From positions 101,418 to 165,417 of the forward strand of contig JAZSQE010000065.1 of the NCBI GenBank assembly GCA_045537795.1: a stretch of 64,000 bases of DNA, read 5' to 3'. Position 1 is the stretch's first letter. Every line of letters begins with the position of its first letter. The stretch comes from Kiritimatiellia bacterium. GTDB taxonomy: Bacteria; Verrucomicrobiota; Kiritimatiellia; RFP12; UBA1067. The notes under the pieces were generated by a model. The model made no database searches. It saw only the letters and a list, made by a program, of their open reading frames with translations, and was not told the DNA's origin. Of this stretch, positions 53,018 through 61,479 are shown in pieces. The position numbers were made by a program, and so were the translations under genes.

Positions 53018-54370
53018 ATGAACAAGTACGTTGAAAACACGATCGCGTATGTACGCGAAAAGCACAAGGACGAGCCCGAGTTCGTCCAGACGGTCGAGGA
53101 GGTCCTGAGCTCGCTCTCCCCCGTCGTCGACAAGCACCCTGAATACGAACAGGTCGATCTTCTCGGTCGCATGGTCGAGCCCGAGCGCATGTTCACGTTC
53201 CGTGTCGTGTGGACGGATGATCAGGGCAAAACCCACACCAATATCGGTTATCGCTGCCAGTTCAACGGCGCGATCGGTCCCTACAAGGGCGGTCTTCGCT
53301 TCCAGAAGAACGTCTATCCCGGCATCATCAAGTTCCTCGGTTTCGAGCAGACGTTCAAGAACTCTCTTACGGGTCTTCCTATCGGCGGCGGCAAGGGCGG
53401 CTCCGACTTCGATCCCGCCGGCAAGAGCGCTGCCGAAGTCATGCGTTTCTGCCAGAGCTTCATGACGGCGCTTTACCGCTACATCGGCCCGGACGTCGAC
53501 GTCCCCGCCGGAGACATGGGCGTGGGCGGCCGTGAAATCGGCTATCTCTACGGTCAGTACCGCCGTCTCAAGGGCGTTTGGGAGAACGGCGTTCTCACCG
53601 GCAAGGGCCTTTCGTACGGCGGTTCTCTCATCCGTCCCGAAGCGACCGGTTACGGCGCGGTGTACTATCTGCAGGAAGTCCTCGCGCACGAAGGCGACAC
53701 GATCGAAGGCAAGCGCATCGCGATCTCCGGCTACGGCAACGTCGGCTGGGGCATCATGAAGAAGGCTATGCACCTCGGCGCGAAGGTCACCTACTTCGCC
53801 GGCCCCGACGGCTACATCCACGATCCCGACGGTGTCAACACCGAGGAAAAGCTCAACTACATCCTTGAGATGCGCGCGGTCGATCCCATGCACTGCGAGC
53901 CCTACGCCAAGAAGTTCGGTTGCGAGTTTGTTCCCGCGACGAAGTGCTGGGGCGTCAAGGACGTTGATGTCTACATGCCCGCCGCGACGCAGAACGACGT
54001 CGATCTCGAATGGGCGAAGAAGATCGCCGAGTCGGGAGTCAAGTATTATATCGAAGTCGCGAACATGCCCACGACGAATGACGCTCTCAACTATCTGCGC
54101 GAGCAGAAGGGGATGATCGTCGCTCCTTCGAAGGCCGTGAACGCCGGCGGTGTCGGCGTTTCCGCCCTTGAAATGGCGCAGAACTCCGAGCGTCTCGTCT
54201 GGACGGCCGACGAAGTCGACAACCAGCTCAAGAAGATGATGAAGACCATTCACGACGAGTCCGCCAAGGCCGCCGAGGAATACGGTCTCGGGTACGACCT
54301 CGTCGCCGGCGCGAACATCGCGGGCTTCATGAAGGTCGCCACCGCCATGATGGAGCAGGGCGTCTTCTGA
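53018..54370 (+). CDS. gdhA: NADP-specific glutamate dehydrogenase
   Basis: Motifs are GGLRF, LPIGGGKGGSDFDP and GYGNVG (Rossmann). It is 450 aa. The RBS is AAGGAAAA. Confidence 0.9.
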   Translation: MNKYVENTIAYVREKHKDEPEFVQTVEEVLSSLSPVVDKHPEYEQVDLLGRMVEPERMFTFRVVWTDDQGKTHTNIGYRCQFNGAIGPYKGGLRFQKNVYPGIIKFLGFEQTFKNSLTGLPIGGGKGGSDFDPAGKSAAEVMRFCQSFMTALYRYIGPDVDVPAGDMGVGGREIGYLYGQYRRLKGVWENGVLTGKGLSYGGSLIRPEATGYGAVYYLQEVLAHEGDTIEGKRIAISGYGNVGWGIMKKAMHLGAKVTYFAGPDGYIHDPDGVNTEEKLNYILEMRAVDPMHCEPYAKKFGCEFVPATKCWGVKDVDVYMPAATQNDVDLEWAKKIAESGVKYYIEVANMPTTNDALNYLREQKGMIVAPSKAVNAGGVGVSALEMAQNSERLVWTADEVDNQLKKMMKTIHDESAKAAEEYGLGYDLVAGANIAGFMKVATAMMEQGVF

Positions 54371-54403
54371 TGCACGGCCCCTCGCGGCCGAACAAAGAAA
54401 AAA

Positions 54404-54437
54404 GGAGAACCGCGGCGTTCGCCGCGGTTCTCCTTTT
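54404..54437 (+). terminator. rho-independent terminator after gdhA
   Basis: GGAGAACCGCGGC-GTTC-GCCGCGGTTCTCC forms a 13 bp GC-rich stem followed by TTTT. Confidence 0.8.
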
Positions 54438-54476
54438 GGTACGCAGGATCCGACGTTCCGTTCCCGTCTGCGCCCG

Positions 54477-54505
54477 TTTACATTGCCGCGTGCATTTGCT
54501 AAAAT
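54477..54505 (+). promoter_or_regulatory. sigma70-like promoter
   Basis: TTTACA (54477-82), a 17 nt spacer, then TAAAAT (54500-05). Confidence 0.4.
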
Positions 54506-54561
54506 ACGCGAAGATCCGATGCGGGATGCGTAATCTGCGGAATCCGGCAAGAAAGGTTGCC

Positions 54562-54987
54562 ATGAAAAGAGTAAAGTTCAGTAGACTCAAAATCGTTTTT
54601 TTGTCGGCAGGGTGTTTTGTCGCCGTTTCTGCCGCGCAGGCAGGCAATAAGGCAAATCCCGACGCGATAGAACTTTCGCCGCTTCCGATGCCGGTCGAAT
54701 TCAAAAGCGATATGGACAGACCTGTCGACTTCGACGCTGCAACCCGCGTCACGCTCGATTGTCCGGACGCGGCGGGAGCGGATTGGGTGAAAATGTACCG
54801 CTACGGGGCGTCGGCCGCATGGGGAACGCCTGCGCAGGGAAAAGGCAAGTACGGTCCGACTCCGCAATTTGACACTCAGTTCGCCAATGCGCTCAGGATG
54901 GTCGGGCACGATATGAAGGTGAGCGACTGCCGAGATACCGGACAAGTCGATCATCAGATTCCGCCGAGCTGGTGGATCGATAATTGA
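54562..54987 (+). CDS. small secreted protein; possibly a remnant of a glycoside hydrolase N-terminal domain
   Basis: It has the signal peptide MKRVKFSRLKIVFLSAGCFVAVSAAQA. IELSPLPMPVEFKSD...FDAATRVTL resembles the start of GH20b-type N-domains, but the ORF stops after 141 aa. Confidence 0.4.
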   Translation: MKRVKFSRLKIVFLSAGCFVAVSAAQAGNKANPDAIELSPLPMPVEFKSDMDRPVDFDAATRVTLDCPDAAGADWVKMYRYGASAAWGTPAQGKGKYGPTPQFDTQFANALRMVGHDMKVSDCRDTGQVDHQIPPSWWIDN

Positions 54988-55016
54988 GGTGTAGCTGGGC
55001 CGTTTTCAAACGAGAT

Positions 55017-57368
55017 ATGGTCGGGCCGGAAGCAAGTCTCGGGAGCGAACCCCGCGGGACCGTGGCGGTCAGCCCCGCCAGATTCATCGACGATCCCGAT
55101 TGGGCGGGGTTTATACCCGAATCGCGCGAAGACGCGAAACCGAGGAGCCTGCCGGCGCATGAAGACTGTTCGCGCATAGATGTCGGGAAGGTCGCGGAGC
55201 ATCTTTCGTCGGGCGGCACGCTCGGCTCGATGGCGGGTTACGAGGAGCGTCCCGGTCAGATAAACGCGGCCCGGTCGATAGCCTCCGCCTTCAATGCCCG
55301 CTCCCATCTCATGATCGAGGCCGGCACGGGCGTTGGCAAGTCGCTCGCATACCTCGTGCCGTCGATCATCTGGGCGCACGTCAACGACACGCCGACGATC
55401 ATATCGACGGCGACGCGCAATCTCCAATCGCAACTTGTCGACAGCGACATACCGAGAGCGCTCGCCATTCTCGGCGACGCTTCGGCGTCCTTCAGGACGG
55501 CGCTGCTCAAAGGCCGAACGAATTATCTCTGCCTGAGAAGTCTCGGCGAGTTTTTCGCCGCCGGTTTCTGGACGATGTCGCAAGAGGAGCAGCGCCTGAT
55601 GCCGGGTTTTATCGAGTGGCTGAAAAGCACGCCAGATGGCGATCTCGATTCATACGAAGGTCTGCCTCGCTCTTTGATGACGTGTCCCGGCGAAGAGTGC
55701 GCCGGCCGGCGCTGCCCCTACAGGACGAAATGTTTCGTGTTCAAGGCCCGGAAGAATGCCGCGGAGGCGAATCTCGTCGTCGTCAATCACGCGCTTGTTC
55801 TCGCGGAGGCGTCGTCCGGCGGCGGAATACTGCCCGCGTACGGGCGCATAGTGTTTGACGAGGCGCACAACCTCGAATCGATAGCGACGGATTATCTGAG
55901 CCGCGAGTTTTCGCTCCCCGCGTTAAGCCGTGTCCTGAGCCGGCTTCTGCGGCGCGGCAAGGGCAGGCGCATGCGCTCCGGCGGAGTTCTTTCGCAGGTG
56001 GAGCGCCAGTTGCAGAAGGGCGTTCTCGCGGGCAGCCCTGCGGCGGGAGCCGTCTTGAAACTCGTTTCGTCCGCAACTTCGCTTATGGTGCGTGTCACCG
56101 ATGCGGCGGACATGTTCGCGGAATGCGCCGCCAGGTTGCTCACGCCGTCGCGAGGGTGTGCGGTATGCCGCTACAAGACGGTGCCGGGCGCGACGGATGA
56201 CGCGCTGCCGGTGAGACTGCATTCGCGCAATGGGCTTTTTGAGCCGTACGCGCCGCCGGAGTGGAGCGAGAAGGAGTTTGCCGACAGATACTCCGTTTTC
56301 GAAAGGCGGATCGCCGAAACGGTGAACCTTCTCGCCGATCTGAAACTGGCGCTCGAGGAGTCGGTGCCGGAGGGCGAGTTCAATTATATGGCGGATGTCG
56401 CCGCGCAGGTGGGAAGCATCGCGGAATCGCTAGTCGCGTTCGCGAACGAGGCGGATTTCGTATCGCGGGGCGATAAAGACACGCACGCATATTGGGTCGA
56501 GCGCGTGAGTCCTCCGAAACGTCCGTCGTACATCCGTCTCGTGGCGGCGCCGCTTTCGGTCGCGGACGATCTGAGGGAGATGTTTTACGAGACGAAGGAC
56601 TCCGTCGTCTTTTCATCCGCGACGCTGCGCGTGGGAAACGATTTCAGATACATGGCGCGCCGTCTCGGGTGCGACGATCGCTTTGAAGCGCTCACGGCCG
56701 AGAGTCCGTTCGATTATTTCAGGCAGTCACTCGTTCTTGCGAGCGATTGTCTGCCGGATCCGTCGACCGATCCGGCCGGTTACGCGCAGAAGCTCGCCGA
56801 GACGGTCAGGGACGTCTTCCGCGTGACGGACGGCCGCGCTCTCGTCCTTTTCACGAGTTATGAAATGATGAACGCTGTCGCCGCGCACGCGCGCGCCGGA
56901 CTTGAGACGGCGGGGATAGAACTTCTCGTTCAGGGAGAAGGGCTTTCGCGCGAGCGCATGACGTTGAGGCTGAAGGAGAAAGTCGGGACCGTCATCTTCG
57001 GGGCGCAGAGTTTCTGGGAGGGCGTTGACGTGGCGGGAGAGGCTCTTTCGTGCGTCGTGCTGGCGCGATTGCCGTTCGCGCAGAAGGGCGATCCTGTTAT
57101 CGAGGCGCGCAGCGAGAAAATAGAGCGCGACGGAGGGAGCGCCTTCCGGGATTACGCGCTTCCCGAGGCGGTGATAAAATTCCGTCAGGGGTTCGGCCGG
57201 CTCATCCGGACAAAGTCGGACAGCGGCGTGGTGATAGTGACCGATCCAAGACTCGTAACGAAAAACTACGGGGCCGTTTTCAGAAAGTCAATCCCGGCGA
57301 CCGTCCATGCCGTCAGTGACGCCGGTGAACTCGTCTTGCGGGTGACGGAGTTTTTCGATCGCGACTGA
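55017..57368 (+). CDS. dinG: DinG/XPD-family ATP-dependent DNA helicase with Fe-S cluster domain
   Basis: Motifs are YEERPGQ, the Walker A IEAGTGVGKSLAYLVP, the Cys cluster CPGEECAGRRCPYRTKC, DEAHNL, and the C-terminal GSFWEGVD-like QSFWEGVD. The start is uncertain (TTG 54984 or ATG 55017). Confidence 0.8.
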   Translation: MVGPEASLGSEPRGTVAVSPARFIDDPDWAGFIPESREDAKPRSLPAHEDCSRIDVGKVAEHLSSGGTLGSMAGYEERPGQINAARSIASAFNARSHLMIEAGTGVGKSLAYLVPSIIWAHVNDTPTIISTATRNLQSQLVDSDIPRALAILGDASASFRTALLKGRTNYLCLRSLGEFFAAGFWTMSQEEQRLMPGFIEWLKSTPDGDLDSYEGLPRSLMTCPGEECAGRRCPYRTKCFVFKARKNAAEANLVVVNHALVLAEASSGGGILPAYGRIVFDEAHNLESIATDYLSREFSLPALSRVLSRLLRRGKGRRMRSGGVLSQVERQLQKGVLAGSPAAGAVLKLVSSATSLMVRVTDAADMFAECAARLLTPSRGCAVCRYKTVPGATDDALPVRLHSRNGLFEPYAPPEWSEKEFADRYSVFERRIAETVNLLADLKLALEESVPEGEFNYMADVAAQVGSIAESLVAFANEADFVSRGDKDTHAYWVERVSPPKRPSYIRLVAAPLSVADDLREMFYETKDSVVFSSATLRVGNDFRYMARRLGCDDRFEALTAESPFDYFRQSLVLASDCLPDPSTDPAGYAQKLAETVRDVFRVTDGRALVLFTSYEMMNAVAAHARAGLETAGIELLVQGEGLSRERMTLRLKEKVGTVIFGAQSFWEGVDVAGEALSCVVLARLPFAQKGDPVIEARSEKIERDGGSAFRDYALPEAVIKFRQGFGRLIRTKSDSGVVIVTDPRLVTKNYGAVFRKSIPATVHAVSDAGELVLRVTEFFDRD

Positions 57369-57411
57369 GCGTGGTTTCCGCCGCGTTTCCGCGACGCGGA
57401 CGCGATGTTTT

Positions 57412-57420
57412 TGATATAAT
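57412..57420 (+). promoter_or_regulatory. TGATATAAT extended -10 box upstream of pyrB-like gene
   Basis: It contains the TTTGATATAAT motif. The RBS AAGGGGA and ATG 57449 lie downstream. Confidence 0.45.
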
Positions 57421-57448
57421 ATCGGCATAACCGCCAAGGGGACAATAC

Positions 57449-58525
57449 ATGGCTAAACTTACCGACATAAGCTGGGAAGATTTCGAGAAGCTTTCTCTCG
57501 AAGGAAAGAAACCGTATTTGGCGCGGTGGGAAGGCGACGGAATGCCGTACCATACGCTGTTTGCCCAGCAGTTCGACCGTCCGATTCTCGAAAGACTCTG
57601 CAATCTCGCCAACCGCATCAGATTCATAAATAAATCGAAAGAGGGCGCCCTTTACCTCAAGAGCGTTCTTGCGCACAAACGCGCGATGCTGTATTTTTCG
57701 CAACCGTCTTCGCGAACGTTCCTTTCGCATCTCGCGGCCTGTCAGATTCTCGGCATAACTACCGGTTCCGTGCGCGACGCCGCGACGTCATCCGAATTCA
57801 AGGGTGAAAGCCGCGAAGATTCCATAAGGACTTTCTCGAGCTACTTCGACATGATCATCATGCGGAGCCCCGAGCGCGGACTTGCGGAGAAAATGAGTTG
57901 GGAACTCTCCAACTCCTCCCGTCCGGTGCCGATACTGAACGCCGGCTCCGGGAAGGACCAGCACCCCACGCAGGCGCTGCTCGACATCTATACGCTCGTG
58001 AGGTCGTTTGAGGAGAAGGGAGGTCTCGACGGGCGCACGGTCGTCTTCTGCGGCGATCTTCTGCGTGGCCGCACGGTGAGATCTCTCTCGTATCTGCTGA
58101 CGAACTTCTCCGGGATAAAGCAGATTTTCGTCGCGCCCGATGAACTGCAGGTCTCCGACGACGTAAAGGAGATTCTCGGCGCGAAAGGCGTCGAATATGA
58201 AATTTCAGACGATCTCAAGGCCGCGAGTTCCGTCGCCGACGCCGTGTACATGACGCGCATCCAGGACGAATGGGACAACGCCAAAGGCGAAAGCGCGAGG
58301 ATCGATACGTCGAGATTCAAGTTCGGCGCCGAAGAGCTGGCGCTTCTCAAGCCGGATGGCGTCATCATGCATCCGCTCCCCAGACGCGACGAAATATCTA
58401 CCGTCTGCGACCGCGATCAGCGCGCGATGTATTGGCGGCAGATGCGAAACGGCATGTGGATACGCGCGGCGCTCATCGCCGCGACGTTCGGTCACGAAAA
58501 ATCCATAATGGACTGCGGGTACTGA
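57449..58525 (+). CDS. pyrB: aspartate carbamoyltransferase catalytic-chain homologue (divergent, N-terminally extended)
   Basis: HPTQALLD, GRTVRS, MTRIQ and HPLPRRDEI match ATCase boxes. The carbamoyl-phosphate box reads SSRTF instead of STRTR. About 35 extra N-terminal residues are present. Confidence 0.7.
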   Translation: MAKLTDISWEDFEKLSLEGKKPYLARWEGDGMPYHTLFAQQFDRPILERLCNLANRIRFINKSKEGALYLKSVLAHKRAMLYFSQPSSRTFLSHLAACQILGITTGSVRDAATSSEFKGESREDSIRTFSSYFDMIIMRSPERGLAEKMSWELSNSSRPVPILNAGSGKDQHPTQALLDIYTLVRSFEEKGGLDGRTVVFCGDLLRGRTVRSLSYLLTNFSGIKQIFVAPDELQVSDDVKEILGAKGVEYEISDDLKAASSVADAVYMTRIQDEWDNAKGESARIDTSRFKFGAEELALLKPDGVIMHPLPRRDEISTVCDRDQRAMYWRQMRNGMWIRAALIAATFGHEKSIMDCGY

Positions 58526-58526
58526 G

Positions 58527-59003
58527 ATGAAATCGTCACTCAATCGCGAATTCGCCGTGAGGCATCTTTTCGTCGCCGTTCTGATGACCGTGCTCTGCTG
58601 CTGGTTCGGCTATGACGGTTTCGTCGGCTACCCCTCGACTCCTGCAGGGCTTCTTTACGAAAAAATCGAAGGCGCCACGGCCCCGGAAGGGTTCGATCTT
58701 GAAGCGTTCAAAGCCCAGAAGATAAAGACTCAGTACGGTTTCACGCTGCTCGCGTTTCTCGCGGCGCTTGCCGTAGGCGGGCATCTTTACGCGATTTCGC
58801 GTTTCTCGTTCGAGTTCGACGACGATGGATATGTCGTGCGCGGCGTTCGCCGTTCGTGGGCGGACGTTGGAGAAATCGACAGGCGCGACTGGGAAAGAAA
58901 GGGTATCGTCAAAGTCGACGGCGTCAAATTCGACTCCTGGCACCATCTCGGTGTAAAGGAGTTTGAAGCGAAACTCTCGAGCGTGAAGGAGGGCGCCGTT
59001 TGA
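58527..59003 (+). CDS. hypothetical membrane protein (2 TM + small soluble domain)
   Basis: The hydrophobic segments are LFVAVLMTVLCCWFGY and FTLLAFLAALAVGGHLY. It is tightly packed between pyrB-like and pgpA. Confidence 0.6.
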   Translation: MKSSLNREFAVRHLFVAVLMTVLCCWFGYDGFVGYPSTPAGLLYEKIEGATAPEGFDLEAFKAQKIKTQYGFTLLAFLAALAVGGHLYAISRFSFEFDDDGYVVRGVRRSWADVGEIDRRDWERKGIVKVDGVKFDSWHHLGVKEFEAKLSSVKEGAV

Positions 59004-59479
59004 AAAAGTTCGCGCTTTTCGTGGCGTCAGGCTTCGGCATCGGGCTTTTCGCGCCGTTCGCTCCGGGGACGTTCGGCAGTCTTCCGGGAGTGGCGCTTGC
59101 GTACGCGACGACGTCGCTCCCGCTCTGGCTTCAGATTCCGGCCGTCACCGCTCTCGCGCTTCTTGCGATACCGCTGTGCGGCAGCGCCGAAAAGTCTCTC
59201 GGCGTAAAAGACGACGGGCGCATAACGGCCGACGAATGGATGCTTTATCCGCTCGCGCTCACGGGCATACCTCTTCTTGAGCTGCCGTGGTGGTCGATGT
59301 TCGTTTTCTTCGTGGTCATACGCCTGATCGATATTGTCAAACCCTGGCCCGCGAACGTTCTCCAGTCGATACCCGGCGGACGCGGAATAGTCATAGACGA
59401 CTTTATCGCGAACCTTTATTCGCTTGCCGTCAACTGGGCGATCGTCGTTCTCGCGTGCCGGTATTCAAATTGGCAATGA
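59000..59479 (+). CDS. pgpA: phosphatidylglycerophosphatase A
   Basis: It has a TTG start overlapping the previous stop. Motifs SGFGIGLFAPFAPGTFGSLPG, DDGRITADE and IVKPWP are conserved PgpA boxes. Confidence 0.8.
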   Translation: MKKFALFVASGFGIGLFAPFAPGTFGSLPGVALAYATTSLPLWLQIPAVTALALLAIPLCGSAEKSLGVKDDGRITADEWMLYPLALTGIPLLELPWWSMFVFFVVIRLIDIVKPWPANVLQSIPGGRGIVIDDFIANLYSLAVNWAIVVLACRYSNWQ

Positions 59480-61479
59480 TCGGAAAAAAACATCTCCTCG
59501 ACGACCCGTGGCTTTCTCCGTACAGAGATATCGTCCGAGCGCGCGCCGCGCGTGCCCGCGATCGCGCCGTCGAACTCGCGGGTAAGGGAGTGAAGCTTTC
59601 CGACTGGGCGAACGCTCATCTTTATTTCGGTCTTCACCGTACACGCGAGGGATGGGTGTTCCGCGAGTGGGCGCCGAAGGCGACGAGCATGTGGCTCGTC
59701 GGCGACTTCAATTGCTGGAGGATCGATCCCGCCTTCGAGGTGATGCGCGTGCCCGGCAGCGACGTCTGGGAACTTGAACTGCCGTCGGAGCGCATCTCTC
59801 ACGGTCAGCGCTACCATCTCGAAGTCAGGTGGGACGGCGGCCGCGGCGAGCGTATCCCCGCTTTCGCGAGACGTGTCGTGCAGGACGGCGCGACCAATCT
59901 TTTTTCCGCCGAGGTGTGGGCGCCGCCCAAGCCTTATGTCTGGCGCAATGAACGCCCCGCCGTGCCGCGCAAAAAGACGAAACCTCGCCGCATTTACGAA
60001 GCGCACGTCGGCATGGCCGGCGAGGAGCCGCGCGTTTCGACGTATGCCGAATTCACGAAGAACATCCTGCCGAGGATAAAGGCGTCCGGGTACGATACCG
60101 TGCAGCTGATGGCCGTAATGGAGCACCCTTATTACGGTTCGTTCGGCTACCATGTGAGCTCCTTTTTCGCGCCGTCGTCGCGCTTCGGCACGGGGGAAGA
60201 CCTCAAGGCTCTCGTTGACGAGGCGCACGGGGCGGGGTTGTCGGTCATTATGGATCTTGTCCACAGCCATGCCGTCAGGAACGAGCGCGACGGACTTTCG
60301 CGTTTCGACGGAACCGATTACCAGTATTTCCATTCGGGGGCTCGCGGCGAGCATCCCGCATGGGACAGCAGACTTTTCGATTACGGCAAGACCGAAGTGC
60401 TGCATTTTCTTCTCTCGAACTGCAAATACTGGCTGGAGGAATTCCGCTTTGACGGCTTTCGCTTCGACGGAGTGACGTCGATGCTCTATCGTCATCATGG
60501 CCTCGGGACCGACTTTTCGGGCTACGGGATGTATTTCGACGGATCTGTCGACGAGGACGCGTGGACATATCTCGCTCTCGCCAACCGCGTCATCCACGAG
60601 ACGCTGCCTTCGGCTGTGACGATAGCGGAGGATGTTTCGGGGATGCCCGGCGCGGCGGCGCCACTTGAAGATTGCGGTCTCGGGTTCGATTACCGCATGG
60701 CGATGGGAGTGCCCGATTTCTGGTTTCGTCTCGCCTCGGAAGCGCGTGACGAAGATTGGTCGATGGGTGAAATCTACTACAGGCTCACCGACAAGCGCGC
60801 AGAAGAGAAAGTCGTAAGTTATGTCGAAAGCCACGATCAGGCGCTGGTCGGGGGAAAGACGTTTTTCTTTCAGCTGGCGGACAGCGAGATTTACCGCGGC
60901 ATGGGGGCGGATCAGGAGAACCTCGCCGTCGAGCGCGCGATTGCGCTTCACAAAATGGCGCGTCTGGCTACGTACGCTCTCAACGGCGGAGCGTATCTTG
61001 ATTTCATGGGCAACGAGTTCGGGCATCCGGAGTGGATTGACTTTCCGCGGGAGGGCAACGGCTGGAGCTATGCGCACGCGCGCAGGCAGTGGTCGCTCGC
61101 CGACGATCCTTCGCTCAGGTTCAAGGCTCTGGGTGATTTCGACAGGACGATGCTTGTCGATCTCGCAGCCGTGTCGGGCGAGAGCGTCCTTCTGACGGCG
61201 GACGAGAGCGCGAAGGTTCTTGCGTTCATACGTTCCGATCGCATGTTCGTTTTCAATTTCGATCATGCCCGCTCGTATACGGACTTCGGCGTCATCGTTC
61301 CGCCCGCGATGAGATGGCGCCATCTCTTCGACAGCGACGAGAAGCGCTTTTCGGGGCAGGGGCGCATCGCGCCCAAGCAGACGTTCGAACCTGTCATGGT
61401 CGAGGCGTCGGGAGAACTTGTGCAGCAGATAAAGATGTACCTTCCCGCGCGCACCGCGCTCGTTTTGAAGCGAATCTGA
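59476..61479 (+). CDS. glgB: 1,4-alpha-glucan branching enzyme (GH13; short eukaryote/Bacteroidota-like type)
   Basis: There is an ATGA overlap with pgpA. Motifs are FREWAPKATSMWLVGDFNCW and the GH13 regions DLVHSH, GFRFDGVTSM, AEDVSG and ESHDQ. It is 667 aa. The ORF-track start at 59287 is rejected. Confidence 0.85.
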   Translation: MIGKKHLLDDPWLSPYRDIVRARAARARDRAVELAGKGVKLSDWANAHLYFGLHRTREGWVFREWAPKATSMWLVGDFNCWRIDPAFEVMRVPGSDVWELELPSERISHGQRYHLEVRWDGGRGERIPAFARRVVQDGATNLFSAEVWAPPKPYVWRNERPAVPRKKTKPRRIYEAHVGMAGEEPRVSTYAEFTKNILPRIKASGYDTVQLMAVMEHPYYGSFGYHVSSFFAPSSRFGTGEDLKALVDEAHGAGLSVIMDLVHSHAVRNERDGLSRFDGTDYQYFHSGARGEHPAWDSRLFDYGKTEVLHFLLSNCKYWLEEFRFDGFRFDGVTSMLYRHHGLGTDFSGYGMYFDGSVDEDAWTYLALANRVIHETLPSAVTIAEDVSGMPGAAAPLEDCGLGFDYRMAMGVPDFWFRLASEARDEDWSMGEIYYRLTDKRAEEKVVSYVESHDQALVGGKTFFFQLADSEIYRGMGADQENLAVERAIALHKMARLATYALNGGAYLDFMGNEFGHPEWIDFPREGNGWSYAHARRQWSLADDPSLRFKALGDFDRTMLVDLAAVSGESVLLTADESAKVLAFIRSDRMFVFNFDHARSYTDFGVIVPPAMRWRHLFDSDEKRFSGQGRIAPKQTFEPVMVEASGELVQQIKMYLPARTALVLKRI

